From assembly GCA_013203355.1 (NCBI GenBank), contig JABMQH010000075.1:1-58309 (forward strand): a stretch of DNA of 58,309 bases, written 5' to 3'. Made by a program: the position numbers and the translations under genes. Below are positions 42,967 to 52,165 of the stretch, in pieces. Positions within the stretch are counted from its first letter, which is position 1, and each line of letters starts with the position of its first letter. The stretch comes from Candidatus Omnitrophota bacterium. GTDB lineage: Bacteria > Omnitrophota > Gorgyraeia > JABMQH01. The notes beneath the pieces are model-generated. The model had not been told where the DNA came from. It searched no databases and worked only from the letters and a program-made list of their open reading frames with translations.

Positions 42967-45900
42967 TTAGATTGCCGCAGCAGCTGCAGTCTTGGCATCA
43001 TGCGCCTGTTCCATTTCCGCAGAACTAACTGGTGTAGCCGGGGAGGAGATCCCTTTTTGTTGCATATAATCTCTTAAATCCTTTTGGGCGGCAGGAAGTA
43101 CTTTTTGATAGGGTCTAAGCGCCGGACTAAGATTTCCAAGATCAGCCGTTAATATCTGCTCGGAGGTTTTAGCAACGGTTCTTTGTAAAACGTTGCCTAA
43201 GGTCGTTTTTAAAAAACCGTAGGTCTTATCAACTATTTCCTGCTGTTGATCCGGCTGAACGCCGGTTATGGAAGATGGGAAAACAGCGCTTGCGCCCAGT
43301 CTTGTCAGCCCGATCTCAGTTATCGAATCCCTAAACCAGATCCAGCCAATTGGGATCTTTTTGCCGCCCCTATGTATATAAAACTTAATCTTATACCCTC
43401 CGTCGCCAATCTGACGGCGCATAGGGGGTTTCTCCCGGCGGTTACCCCTGCCGGGCTTAGCCCTTTCTTCATAATTTACATATTCATAACTAATGTCTTC
43501 TTTACTGACACCCCAGATTCCCGCTAAGCCTGAGAGTGCGCTTTCTCTAAAATCGCTTTCAAATACATCATCTACGGTATCCTTAATCAATCCAACTATC
43601 AAAGGTGGATTTATCATCTCGCCTTCCCCGCCAACTGTGAAGAAATCCGTAGTCTTGCTTGCGGGCAAATAGCTTATTACCCTATGCATAATCGTAGCCA
43701 TGCCTTCTCCCGTATCCCACCAGCTTTCGTCGAATTCGTCTTCCCGCCCCAGGCGCCTAAGCAATGCGCGCATGAACTGCTTGCCGGTAGCAGGACTTAA
43801 AAAATTGATAAGACTTTTTATGGTGTGGATCGGGTCGCGAACTAACAGGTCTGGGGTAAAATCGCTTCCATTGCTGCCTTCTCCGCCAACAATTACTTTA
43901 ATCTTTTCACCGTCGTGGCTAGCGTCAAATTGCTGCCTCACACTATCCGGGATTATGATTTCTTCTTCACCGCTTTCGGCGGCCTCTTTTAATTCGGCCC
44001 AAGTCATATTGGAAAGGCGTTCCATCCCATCCGCCACATATGCCTCCCCTGTTTGCGTACGTATGACAACAAATCCCAAAACCTCTGCCAGCTCTTCAAG
44101 CAATACCCCTGTCGGCCCATTACAGGAAACTCCTAAAATCCTTTTAGGCTGGTTTTTCTCAAAGTCATATTCACTCAACGCATAACTTATGACATCCAGC
44201 GCAAAGCAAATCTGTACCATATCATCCCTGAGGGAAAATTCGCCTTTTAAGTCAATGGGCCTGTAATTACGGCGGTCTCCGTCGGTGTCGTTATGCAAGG
44301 AACCTATCACCGTATAACCCTGCCGCACAGCTATATCCCTAATGCTTTCCAGCGCCTCGGTTGTTTCTGCCACAGCAGCAGTGGAAGGACAAAGCTCGTG
44401 ATCCATGTCATAGCGCGGCCGTGGATTAAGCCTGTAAGTTTTGATCCCCAACGCATCCAGGTAGCCCATATCCTCTCTTGCCCCACCGTTAGGATCAGAA
44501 ATAACTGCCAGTTTAAGCCGGGATATCATATCTCTAATTTCTGCTATGGGTGCTTGAGCCTGTTGGTTTGTTGAAACGCCAGCGATGATCCTATCGCGAT
44601 AATTCCAATCTGCTTGCTGGGATTGCTGTTTTACCTGTGGTATTCTTTCATAAACCGCTCTAACATCTTTGGGGTCAATGCTACTAACCTTTGCAATAAC
44701 GTCCCTTGTATGTGAAGCATTCTCCAAAACACCTTTTACCCGTCCTTTTCTTACTGACGGGTGACTGCCGCACAAAACGAATATATAAGGATAAGCAACG
44801 GGTTCGGGCATCACACGGCCATCCCCCAACAACAACTTTATCCCATTATAGCCCTCATCATTGTGTGATGCAGAAATATAAATACATCCGTCAATATCGG
44901 GATTGTCTTTAACATAAACCGCTGCCTCATCTACGCTGGCAACAAAGGCATATTCAACATCTACGCCTTCAGCTATAAGTGTGCGAATATCCACATCTGC
45001 CAAGGCGGGACCTGTACTTCTGGTATCTAATAAAACTGTTATCTTTTTTCTTTTTCTCTTCGTTTTAGAAGCTTGCGTTTTTTCCAATAAAGAAACAAAA
45101 TCGCTCTTATTTTGTTTATGCTGTTCAACAGTCTGATCTGCTAATCGCGGTATTCTTTCAGCAAACCCGCTAGGATCCTGTAACATCTGCGCAAAAAGTT
45201 CGGCCTGTGTAGCGGCATGAACCTTTGCCGCCATAGTAGGTTCTGTTCCGATGCCAAGACGCCATGGAAATCTTAACGGCAAAGGTCTGTCTCCAAAAAA
45301 CGGATCGAAAATCTGCCTAATGCCGGAAACGCTGAATACACCTGCAGTCGTCCTCTGCCATATGTCATCTTGAAGCTTATCGTAATCAATCATATCTATG
45401 TCACCGAAGGGGGCCCTGTCCGGATTGCCGATTTCCAATCTTGATCTTTCATTAATCATCGTATTCTGAACATCTTCCCATGTCCTTAAGGCCTCACCGG
45501 AAAGCGACAACTCTCCCGCCCGGGCAACAATCCTGGCCCATAGCGCTGGGTTGTCATTCCCATTTGTCGCCCTAAGATAAATCAAAATATAACGGCCGAG
45601 GGTATTCTCGGAGAGGTTATTAAAAAGATAATCTATCTCCTCATCACTTAACTCCGCTTTTCCTTCATGAATTATTTCCTGGTAGAGTCTATTGTGATGC
45701 ACTATGCGCCTTACACGTTTTTCTTTGCCTTCATCGCGGATGGTGAAATATCTGTTTTCCTTAACCAAAAATTTATCCTTTTTGAGCGCTTCACTCAAAA
45801 GATACCTTGTATGGCCAATGCTTAAAAAATGCTCTTGGCCTTCCGGCCTAACAAATCCTTCGGCCTCGAGGGCTTGATCAATAATAGTCAATGCCCCGGG

Positions 45901-48153
45901 GACTACAAGTTCTCCTCTGGCATTTCTAATATCTGTTATGATAACCGGGCCTGCTAATCTCGCGAAAACCCTATCTACTACCTCAGCGGCTCTTAATTCT
46001 ACCTCTTGCCTGCCTTTTATCCTCTGGCCCTTTTTTATCCTGACGGGTTCTCCATCTTTTGAAGCCTTTATAACGACAACTCCCCCATTAAAAAATTCAA
46101 CGCCGTCTTCTATTGTAACCGGGCCGTTCCCTTCTATTATAACTGTGGTATCGTCCCCGATTTTTACATTCCTGCCTATGTTTATTTCAAATCCATTCCC
46201 AAGATAACTGCCGCCAAGATACAGTCCCGCATTCCTGCCAAACCTAAGGGTAGGATCTATTTTTGCCCTGGCAAGCGGGCTGATTTCTACAACAGTGCCT
46301 TCTCCTATATTTTCGCCTGGGATCCCAAATTCCTGCTGCAGCCTTGCCATATGCTTAGATGCGTAATGGTCTCTGCTTTCAACAAATTTTCTCGCGTCCT
46401 TCGTAGGTAACGCATCCCCTTCATCCACCAATGCCACAGAAGTTGAGCCTAAAATTTCCGGCAGCCTTTGGATAGGCAGTTCGAGATTATCGGTTTGAAC
46501 TTTTGTGCCGTCTTTTTTATTTCTGCTCTTTTTCGACTGGACGAAGGGCTTCAGTTTCCTTGTCTCTATAACGGCCTTGAGGTTTTCCATGCTTAAATTA
46601 TAAGCGCCGGTGTTGGCTGGAATAACAAGCTCCGGGTTGGTAGCCTGCGCTTGACTTGAGGCCAATAAGCCATTAATCTCCTCCTGAAGATGTTGAATTG
46701 CCCCTGCCTTCAGTTCTTCAGATTCTGCATTTATTGCTTCAAGCCCTCCCATTGTTTCCACCATTTCGCTAAGCCTGTCTTGCAAAACGCCTTTACCTAC
46801 GCCCCATCTTGTACGATACACAAGGTCCTGAAGTCCATTATTCCTTTCAAAATACTCCACTATGGCTGCTGAGTCGGGATCCGTTGAAAAGAACGTACCG
46901 AGGGTAAATTCATCTTCAACATAAATCCCGGTAATATTGCCAGCATCATCTTTTTTGGTTTTTACGGATACTGTCCGGGGATAATCATAACCAATGGCGG
47001 ATAGTTCGCTGCCTGTAGCTTCTCTTGTCCCAACCAAACCTGATATTATTTCTGGCTCTAACGCCATATCCGTCTGTAAAAAGTTTGCATCTTCGACTTC
47101 GGGGTAATTCGCATCCAGCCATTCTAACGGTGTTTCCTCTGCTACCAGCGCCTCTTGGCCATTTTGCACAAGGAGCATGCCTTTATTACCTAATGCCATA
47201 ACAGTACCACCGCCGCCATCAGGCGCTTCTATGAACGTCCCATCAGGTTCCGACTCTATCGGACCCCAGCTCATGACAGCGCCGTCAGCATCATAGGTTT
47301 TATACACAGGGACAGCACTTTGGTCTTTTATAATAACCGTCTTCAGGCCAAAATAATTGTTTTTTCTAAGCGCTTCCAATATGGGCCTTCGTGTATCCGG
47401 GCCGACTATAACAACCACTGGGGAATCATCAGTATCTTGGGCGATTCTCCTCAATGATTCAAGAATAACCGTTATGGGGCTTTTGTGCATTATCTTCGAA
47501 TAAGGCACTGTCGGCTTTGAAATGCTTTTGAGCTCTGCTTTTTTTAAATCACCCGCGCCGATTTGCTGCCGCTGGCCTTCTGACATAGTATATAATTCCT
47601 GAAGTCGCGTACCGGCGCCTCCTGCCATAAGGACATTTATTACTTTCGGCATTCTTCTCATACCAATTGAAGAAGCATCCGAGGCACGTCTTATATTTTC
47701 GGTAGGGAATAAATTATGCGTAACTACTTCATAACCTTCCGGCCCGATAGAAACAGCCATGGGGATGTCGGAATAGTCTTGGAAGTTTATATTCGGAGGG
47801 GAGCGTGCGGAGTCATTTGCAATTATGTACTCTTTGACCGCCTTCATGTCCTTTAAAATAAACATCAATCTTTCAGCAACTAAACCAAATAATTTTTTAC
47901 TGGCTATGGTGGGGCTTTCGGCAATTTGAGCTTTTACATTATCCAGCTGCCTGGAATAGTCCCCTGCAAAAGAATTAAGCTGAGCGAGATCTTCTTTGGC
48001 CTTGGCAATTTTTGCATCTAACGTGCTTCGCTCAAGTAAAGGTAACTGCCTCAGGCAGGATTCGGGGGCAGGCCAGGTTATGGTGGGGGTTATAAATAGG
48101 ATTGATATAACTAACGCAATAATTTTGGAGGCAAGAACATTCGGCCTCATCAT
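42967..48153 (-). CDS. 1728-aa signal-anchored fusion of a UAP1/UDPGP-type UDP-sugar pyrophosphorylase (with beta-helix) and an alpha-D-phosphohexomutase
   Basis: N-terminus is MMRPNVLASKIIALVISILFITPTITWPAPESCLRQL. The pyrophosphorylase part has LMAGGAGTRL (M176), SKPTVPY and EAPDGGGGTVMAL. A hexapeptide-like region lies at about aa 611-725. The mutase part has VSGIRQ, YISASHNDEGYNGIK (S1096), HNDTDGDRR, GGEGSNG and FRDSITE. The start lies 1 nt after the stop of the upstream gene. Confidence 0.7.
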   Translation of the reverse strand: MMRPNVLASKIIALVISILFITPTITWPAPESCLRQLPLLERSTLDAKIAKAKEDLAQLNSFAGDYSRQLDNVKAQIAESPTIASKKLFGLVAERLMFILKDMKAVKEYIIANDSARSPPNINFQDYSDIPMAVSIGPEGYEVVTHNLFPTENIRRASDASSIGMRRMPKVINVLMAGGAGTRLQELYTMSEGQRQQIGAGDLKKAELKSISKPTVPYSKIMHKSPITVILESLRRIAQDTDDSPVVVIVGPDTRRPILEALRKNNYFGLKTVIIKDQSAVPVYKTYDADGAVMSWGPIESEPDGTFIEAPDGGGGTVMALGNKGMLLVQNGQEALVAEETPLEWLDANYPEVEDANFLQTDMALEPEIISGLVGTREATGSELSAIGYDYPRTVSVKTKKDDAGNITGIYVEDEFTLGTFFSTDPDSAAIVEYFERNNGLQDLVYRTRWGVGKGVLQDRLSEMVETMGGLEAINAESEELKAGAIQHLQEEINGLLASSQAQATNPELVIPANTGAYNLSMENLKAVIETRKLKPFVQSKKSRNKKDGTKVQTDNLELPIQRLPEILGSTSVALVDEGDALPTKDARKFVESRDHYASKHMARLQQEFGIPGENIGEGTVVEISPLARAKIDPTLRFGRNAGLYLGGSYLGNGFEINIGRNVKIGDDTTVIIEGNGPVTIEDGVEFFNGGVVVIKASKDGEPVRIKKGQRIKGRQEVELRAAEVVDRVFARLAGPVIITDIRNARGELVVPGALTIIDQALEAEGFVRPEGQEHFLSIGHTRYLLSEALKKDKFLVKENRYFTIRDEGKEKRVRRIVHHNRLYQEIIHEGKAELSDEEIDYLFNNLSENTLGRYILIYLRATNGNDNPALWARIVARAGELSLSGEALRTWEDVQNTMINERSRLEIGNPDRAPFGDIDMIDYDKLQDDIWQRTTAGVFSVSGIRQIFDPFFGDRPLPLRFPWRLGIGTEPTMAAKVHAATQAELFAQMLQDPSGFAERIPRLADQTVEQHKQNKSDFVSLLEKTQASKTKRKRKKITVLLDTRSTGPALADVDIRTLIAEGVDVEYAFVASVDEAAVYVKDNPDIDGCIYISASHNDEGYNGIKLLLGDGRVMPEPVAYPYIFVLCGSHPSVRKGRVKGVLENASHTRDVIAKVSSIDPKDVRAVYERIPQVKQQSQQADWNYRDRIIAGVSTNQQAQAPIAEIRDMISRLKLAVISDPNGGAREDMGYLDALGIKTYRLNPRPRYDMDHELCPSTAAVAETTEALESIRDIAVRQGYTVIGSLHNDTDGDRRNYRPIDLKGEFSLRDDMVQICFALDVISYALSEYDFEKNQPKRILGVSCNGPTGVLLEELAEVLGFVVIRTQTGEAYVADGMERLSNMTWAELKEAAESGEEEIIIPDSVRQQFDASHDGEKIKVIVGGEGSNGSDFTPDLLVRDPIHTIKSLINFLSPATGKQFMRALLRRLGREDEFDESWWDTGEGMATIMHRVISYLPASKTTDFFTVGGEGEMINPPLIVGLIKDTVDDVFESDFRESALSGLAGIWGVSKEDISYEYVNYEERAKPGRGNRREKPPMRRQIGDGGYKIKFYIHRGGKKIPIGWIWFRDSITEIGLTRLGASAVFPSSITGVQPDQQQEIVDKTYGFLKTTLGNVLQRTVAKTSEQILTADLGNLSPALRPYQKVLPAAQKDLRDYMQQKGISSPATPVSSAEMEQAHDAKTAAAAAI

Positions 48154-48154
48154 T

Positions 48155-51100
48155 TTATATACCGGAACTAACGGCTCTTCTTGTCTTTAATCCGTCCTGC
48201 GCAGCTTGAGTTGCCAGCGCACCAGCAACTACCGCTCCGGCTTCTCTGTCGAGTGCGGCGGCTCCTTTTTGTTTTCCTTCTCTTTCAATGACTGCAGGTT
48301 TCTCGAGCCGTGGGTTTGCCGGTACATAATAAAATCTTATCTCGTCGTTAGTGGTCTTCTGGGTCTTTTTGCTATTTTCGTAGGTGTCTTTCTCGCTTAC
48401 CTCTATTATTCTTTCAAATTCTACGGCGCCGGAAATTACTTCGCTGCCTGTAAGTTTTGCATGTCTCTTGCTTCTTGAAACCGAGCGTATGCCAACGCCG
48501 ATAGGAACCATTACGCGTTCTGTCGTTCCCCCAATCTCTACATCTTTAACAACATATAAATAATGCGCAACTAAATATTTTCTATGCTTCGCCCGTTCTA
48601 CCGGGTCGGGGTATTCTTTTGTTATGCGCGCCTCATTCTCAGGGTCAACACCCAATCCCTTCTGCTGCTCATCAACAATGGTCCTGCCCTCTTCATACGC
48701 CACCATAGCAAGGCCTGAGCTGTTTAAAGGAACGGCGCCGGGGTTGGTGACAATCTCATCATAGGTAACCTCTTTTTTGCCGTCTAATTTTCCGCGCCTT
48801 TGCACTAATCGTTCTGCTAAATGCCATTTATTAGTCCTTTTATCTCTTACAATGCGCCCGGTCGGCCGAATGGCACCTTTTACGTACTTTCCATTCTCGG
48901 CCCTTCTCGCTTGAGGTGATAGCATGATACGCATTTTTTTGCCTCCTACCTTTGCATCGCCAACAGCCGGCGGTTCGAGCTCCAGCGCCTTTTTAATAGT
49001 GGGGTGCCCTAAGGTAGTTGCCGTATCGGAGACTGTTTTTTTCTCTATAGCCTCTGTTAATTCTGCAACTCTGCGTTTCCAGAAATTCTCCAAAGCCGTA
49101 AGGTACTCTGCCATGGTCTTGCCTCCGGTTACAGGAAGGCGTTCGCTCCGTCCGGCTGCCCGCTGGACAGCCTTTTTGGCAAGCGGACTAATACGTTTTA
49201 GTATTGCTTTGGCAAATTCAAGTTCCCTTGTGGCCTGATTTGTCTGTGCCTTTTCATATTCGCCAGAGGCACTCTTAGTTTCTTCTGCAGTCTTGCTCCC
49301 GGCTACCTTCGCCCTACTATTGATGACCTGGCCGGCGGCCTTTTGAACACCTATATATTGTTCAATTGTTACAGGGGAAAAAATACTGGAGTCCTTCCTT
49401 CTTGAGCGGCTCTTTCTTGCTTTCACTTTCGTCATATCAGCTATCTCGGCAGCAATCCGCTTTTTCTCCAACTCTAATAACCTTGCTTCATTGGCCTCCA
49501 GGGCAGTCAGCAGTTGCTTTACATAACCCGGGCTCGGTTGGCTCTCGAGCCCATCCTGAAAGACAGTAAGGCTTTCAATGTCAAAATATGAGGATATATC
49601 ACGTTTATGCGAACCCACAAACCATTGAGTTACCGCACTACTATATCTCTTTGCTGACCCTCTCAGATAATCTTGCACCTGGCGTTGCCTCTCCCGAAAA
49701 TAGCGTAAGCCTCCTTCTATTTTATCTGCCCGGGTTTGAGTAAATTCTACTTCATATCCTGCCTGTATCCGTCTTCTTTGCAGTGTGGTCATACCAGTCA
49801 GGCGCGTTTGAAGCGGCATTGCGTCAAGCCCTGACTTAAGCGCTCTACCGTCCATACCAATAACGCGTAGCGGGTCAACCATGTTTGGCATGTTCCTCGA
49901 AAGCATGGTATGGTCATGCAATATATCCTCTGATCTACGCTGTGCATCAAGAAGGCTGACCCAGGCATCCTGGACTCTTCTCAATGCCTCTTTGCGCTCA
50001 TCTTCTGCTGCCATTATTTGCCTCTCTAGTGTGTTAGCATCACTCCTCGCGCTACGATTGCTCATCATGACCTGGAAGATCGCAAGGCGCTCTCCGTATT
50101 CCTGGTCCATGAGGAGTCCCTCATTCCGCTCGGATATGGACGGAGAAAGGGCTGATCCGAGGGCTACGCGAATCCTCATTGTCTGTCCACCCACCTCGTG
50201 TCGCTCTAACTCAATGGTGGCAAGCTGTAGCTCGCGCTCTCTCTTTTCTTTCCATTCCGGCAGTTCCCCTCGTATATATCTTCCGCGGTATTTACTCAGG
50301 TAATCTACGCGATGCCTGGCTAAACTAACCCTGGCATCTTGTTCGGCAATAACAGCTTTATTAAGCGCTTGTTGGGCATCAAAGGTATTTTCTTTTGTTG
50401 GGGATGTATCTTCCGCAGATATCTTCCGAAATCGCTGAAGTATGTTTATGGAATGTTGTTGTGTCCGTAGTAATTTGATGTTGGCTTTATAAACCCCGAC
50501 CTCTTTTTCTAGGTTTTGCACCGTTCTTGTGCGCCTACTCCGCCTAAACGCAATTTCCCGTTCGGCCGTCTTCTTCTGGGATTCTAAATGTGCGATCTCG
50601 GCATTCAGGAGTTTCTTCTTCTGTTCTAACTGCTGGTCGATCAAAGGTGCGCAATGCTCACTAAGAACCTTTTTTTGTTGTCCTTTTGACAACGCGGGGC
50701 GCCCTGGTATTAATAAGCATGGCTCATGCGCTGCTGAGAGATTTCGTCCTGCCCCAGGCAGAAATAAAATTCCCTGATCCAATAATTTGTCATTTAGTTC
50801 TCTTTCCTGTTGCGCCATAGCATGGTTGTATGCCGCTATTTGCTCAGCATATTTTAAAGAAGCCTGCGGTTCTACCACCTTGCCATATAGTGGATGTTTT
50901 GGCCCAAACTTAGATTTGAAGGGGTGAGCTTTAATAAAAGAATGGTCTTTAGACGTAAGCTCCTGGACGCTCTTAAGATAATCGCGCGTTGTCTTAGCAA
51001 GGGCTTGCCATACACTGCTCTGTTTTGCTTTATCATTGACGGCGCCAGCTTTGTAATACTGCGATAAAAGCTGATTCATCTTTTCTTTAAAAGCGGTATC

Positions 51101-51478
51101 CATCCGGCGTCTCAGAGAAGCGGATTTAGCGCGGCCTTCGATCATGATCCTCATATAAGAGTTAATGAGGCCTTGGCTTCCAAGAATCTCAAGCTCATCC
51201 TTCGCTTGGACTTTATTGTCTGCGCCTAAGGCGTCTAAAGTAGTACCTGGTGCAACGACACCTGCGGAAGTCAGTATCCCCATCGTTCTCAAAAAACCTC
51301 GACGACTCCTTCCTGCGGCGCTTAAGGCATCTAAATCATCTGCTTCACTCTGCCCGCCTTCAATTATGGCAAGCGGCCTTAGGGAAGATTGCGGCGCAGA
51401 CCAGGCGATATTAGAATACACCAGGAGTATTGAAAGTAGGATCGACCAAATTTTAAACATCTTGTTTCTGGTGTTCAT
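48155..51478 (-). CDS. 1107-aa coiled-coil-rich protein with an N-terminal hydrophobic helix and an internal twin-arginine-like motif; paralog of the core of the >2051-aa protein
   Basis: N-terminus is MNTRNKMFKIWSILLSILLVYSNIAWSAPQSSLRPL, followed by GRSRRGFLRTMGILTSAGVVAP (R59-R60). Long Glu/Arg/Lys/Gln-rich helical stretches follow. The C-terminal ~280 aa are about 65-70 percent identical by eye to the paralog. Confidence 0.7.
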   Translation of the reverse strand: MNTRNKMFKIWSILLSILLVYSNIAWSAPQSSLRPLAIIEGGQSEADDLDALSAAGRSRRGFLRTMGILTSAGVVAPGTTLDALGADNKVQAKDELEILGSQGLINSYMRIMIEGRAKSASLRRRMDTAFKEKMNQLLSQYYKAGAVNDKAKQSSVWQALAKTTRDYLKSVQELTSKDHSFIKAHPFKSKFGPKHPLYGKVVEPQASLKYAEQIAAYNHAMAQQERELNDKLLDQGILFLPGAGRNLSAAHEPCLLIPGRPALSKGQQKKVLSEHCAPLIDQQLEQKKKLLNAEIAHLESQKKTAEREIAFRRSRRTRTVQNLEKEVGVYKANIKLLRTQQHSINILQRFRKISAEDTSPTKENTFDAQQALNKAVIAEQDARVSLARHRVDYLSKYRGRYIRGELPEWKEKRERELQLATIELERHEVGGQTMRIRVALGSALSPSISERNEGLLMDQEYGERLAIFQVMMSNRSARSDANTLERQIMAAEDERKEALRRVQDAWVSLLDAQRRSEDILHDHTMLSRNMPNMVDPLRVIGMDGRALKSGLDAMPLQTRLTGMTTLQRRRIQAGYEVEFTQTRADKIEGGLRYFRERQRQVQDYLRGSAKRYSSAVTQWFVGSHKRDISSYFDIESLTVFQDGLESQPSPGYVKQLLTALEANEARLLELEKKRIAAEIADMTKVKARKSRSRRKDSSIFSPVTIEQYIGVQKAAGQVINSRAKVAGSKTAEETKSASGEYEKAQTNQATRELEFAKAILKRISPLAKKAVQRAAGRSERLPVTGGKTMAEYLTALENFWKRRVAELTEAIEKKTVSDTATTLGHPTIKKALELEPPAVGDAKVGGKKMRIMLSPQARRAENGKYVKGAIRPTGRIVRDKRTNKWHLAERLVQRRGKLDGKKEVTYDEIVTNPGAVPLNSSGLAMVAYEEGRTIVDEQQKGLGVDPENEARITKEYPDPVERAKHRKYLVAHYLYVVKDVEIGGTTERVMVPIGVGIRSVSRSKRHAKLTGSEVISGAVEFERIIEVSEKDTYENSKKTQKTTNDEIRFYYVPANPRLEKPAVIEREGKQKGAAALDREAGAVVAGALATQAAQDGLKTRRAVSSGI

Positions 51479-51536
51479 ATGTCACCTTTTTTAACTTGAT
51501 CCTTCCCTTGAATGCCAGGGACAGGTTCAAACTTGG

Positions 51537-51570
51537 GTTTGGGGACACTTGCGTATTCAAATCCCCAAAC
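51537..51570 (-). other. stem-loop in the spacer between the HD-GYP gene and the 1107-aa gene
   Basis: GTTTGGGGA (51537-51545) pairs with TCCCCAAAC (51562-51570): a 9 bp stem and a 16-nt loop, with no T-tract. Confidence 0.35.
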
Positions 51571-51586
51571 GGTACCAATATTACTA

Positions 51587-52165
51587 TTATATCACTTTTA
51601 AGAGCTCCACGATAAACACTTCAACGATCCTTGGATCAAACTGTTTGGCAGAATATTTACGCAATATTCTTATCGCCTCCTGAATTATCATAGCCTTTCT
51701 GTAAGGCCTCACTGAAACCATCGCCTCATAGGAATCGCAAACCGCTATGATCCGTGCACTGATGGGGATCCTGGATCCCTTCTTTCGTGCATTAGTCGGA
51801 TATCCGTTTCCGTTAAACCAGACGTGGTGATAATAGATTGCCTCGACAACCTCTTTGCTAAATCCTGCCTCTTTCACCAAACGGGCAGAAATTATCGGAT
51901 GCATCTTTATCTTAAGCCATTCAACGCTCGACAATCTTTGCTCTTTCCCCCAGATCCGCATATCTATTCCTATCTTTCCAACATCATGGATTAGGCTGGC
52001 GGCTATAATCATATCTTTTTTCTTGCCTCTGATCTTCAACACCTTACATAATGCCATGGCGTAATTTGCCACATTCTCGGAGTGGCAGGGCGTACAATTA
52101 TTCGTCCTGTCAAGTTTCCTCGCTAATGTCCTGAGGTCCTGTGGGGTGTATATTAGCTTGCCCAT
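51587..52165 (-). CDS. stand-alone HD-GYP domain protein (putative cyclic-dinucleotide phosphodiesterase)
   Basis: 192 aa with LIHDVGKIGI (HD) and YYHHVWFNGNGYP (a variant of the HHExxDGxGYP motif). There is no receiver or sensor domain. The start overlaps the end of the upstream giant ORF by 13 nt. Confidence 0.7.
   Translation of the reverse strand: MGKLIYTPQDLRTLARKLDRTNNCTPCHSENVANYAMALCKVLKIRGKKKDMIIAASLIHDVGKIGIDMRIWGKEQRLSSVEWLKIKMHPIISARLVKEAGFSKEVVEAIYYHHVWFNGNGYPTNARKKGSRIPISARIIAVCDSYEAMVSVRPYRKAMIIQEAIRILRKYSAKQFDPRIVEVFIVELLKVI

Noticed and set aside
51221-51322. Calling the RR motifs bona fide N-terminal Tat signal peptides.
   Set aside because: They are 55 to more than 200 residues from the N-terminus and are preceded by another hydrophobic helix. 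No alternative start codon lies between them. I therefore report only a Tat-like motif.
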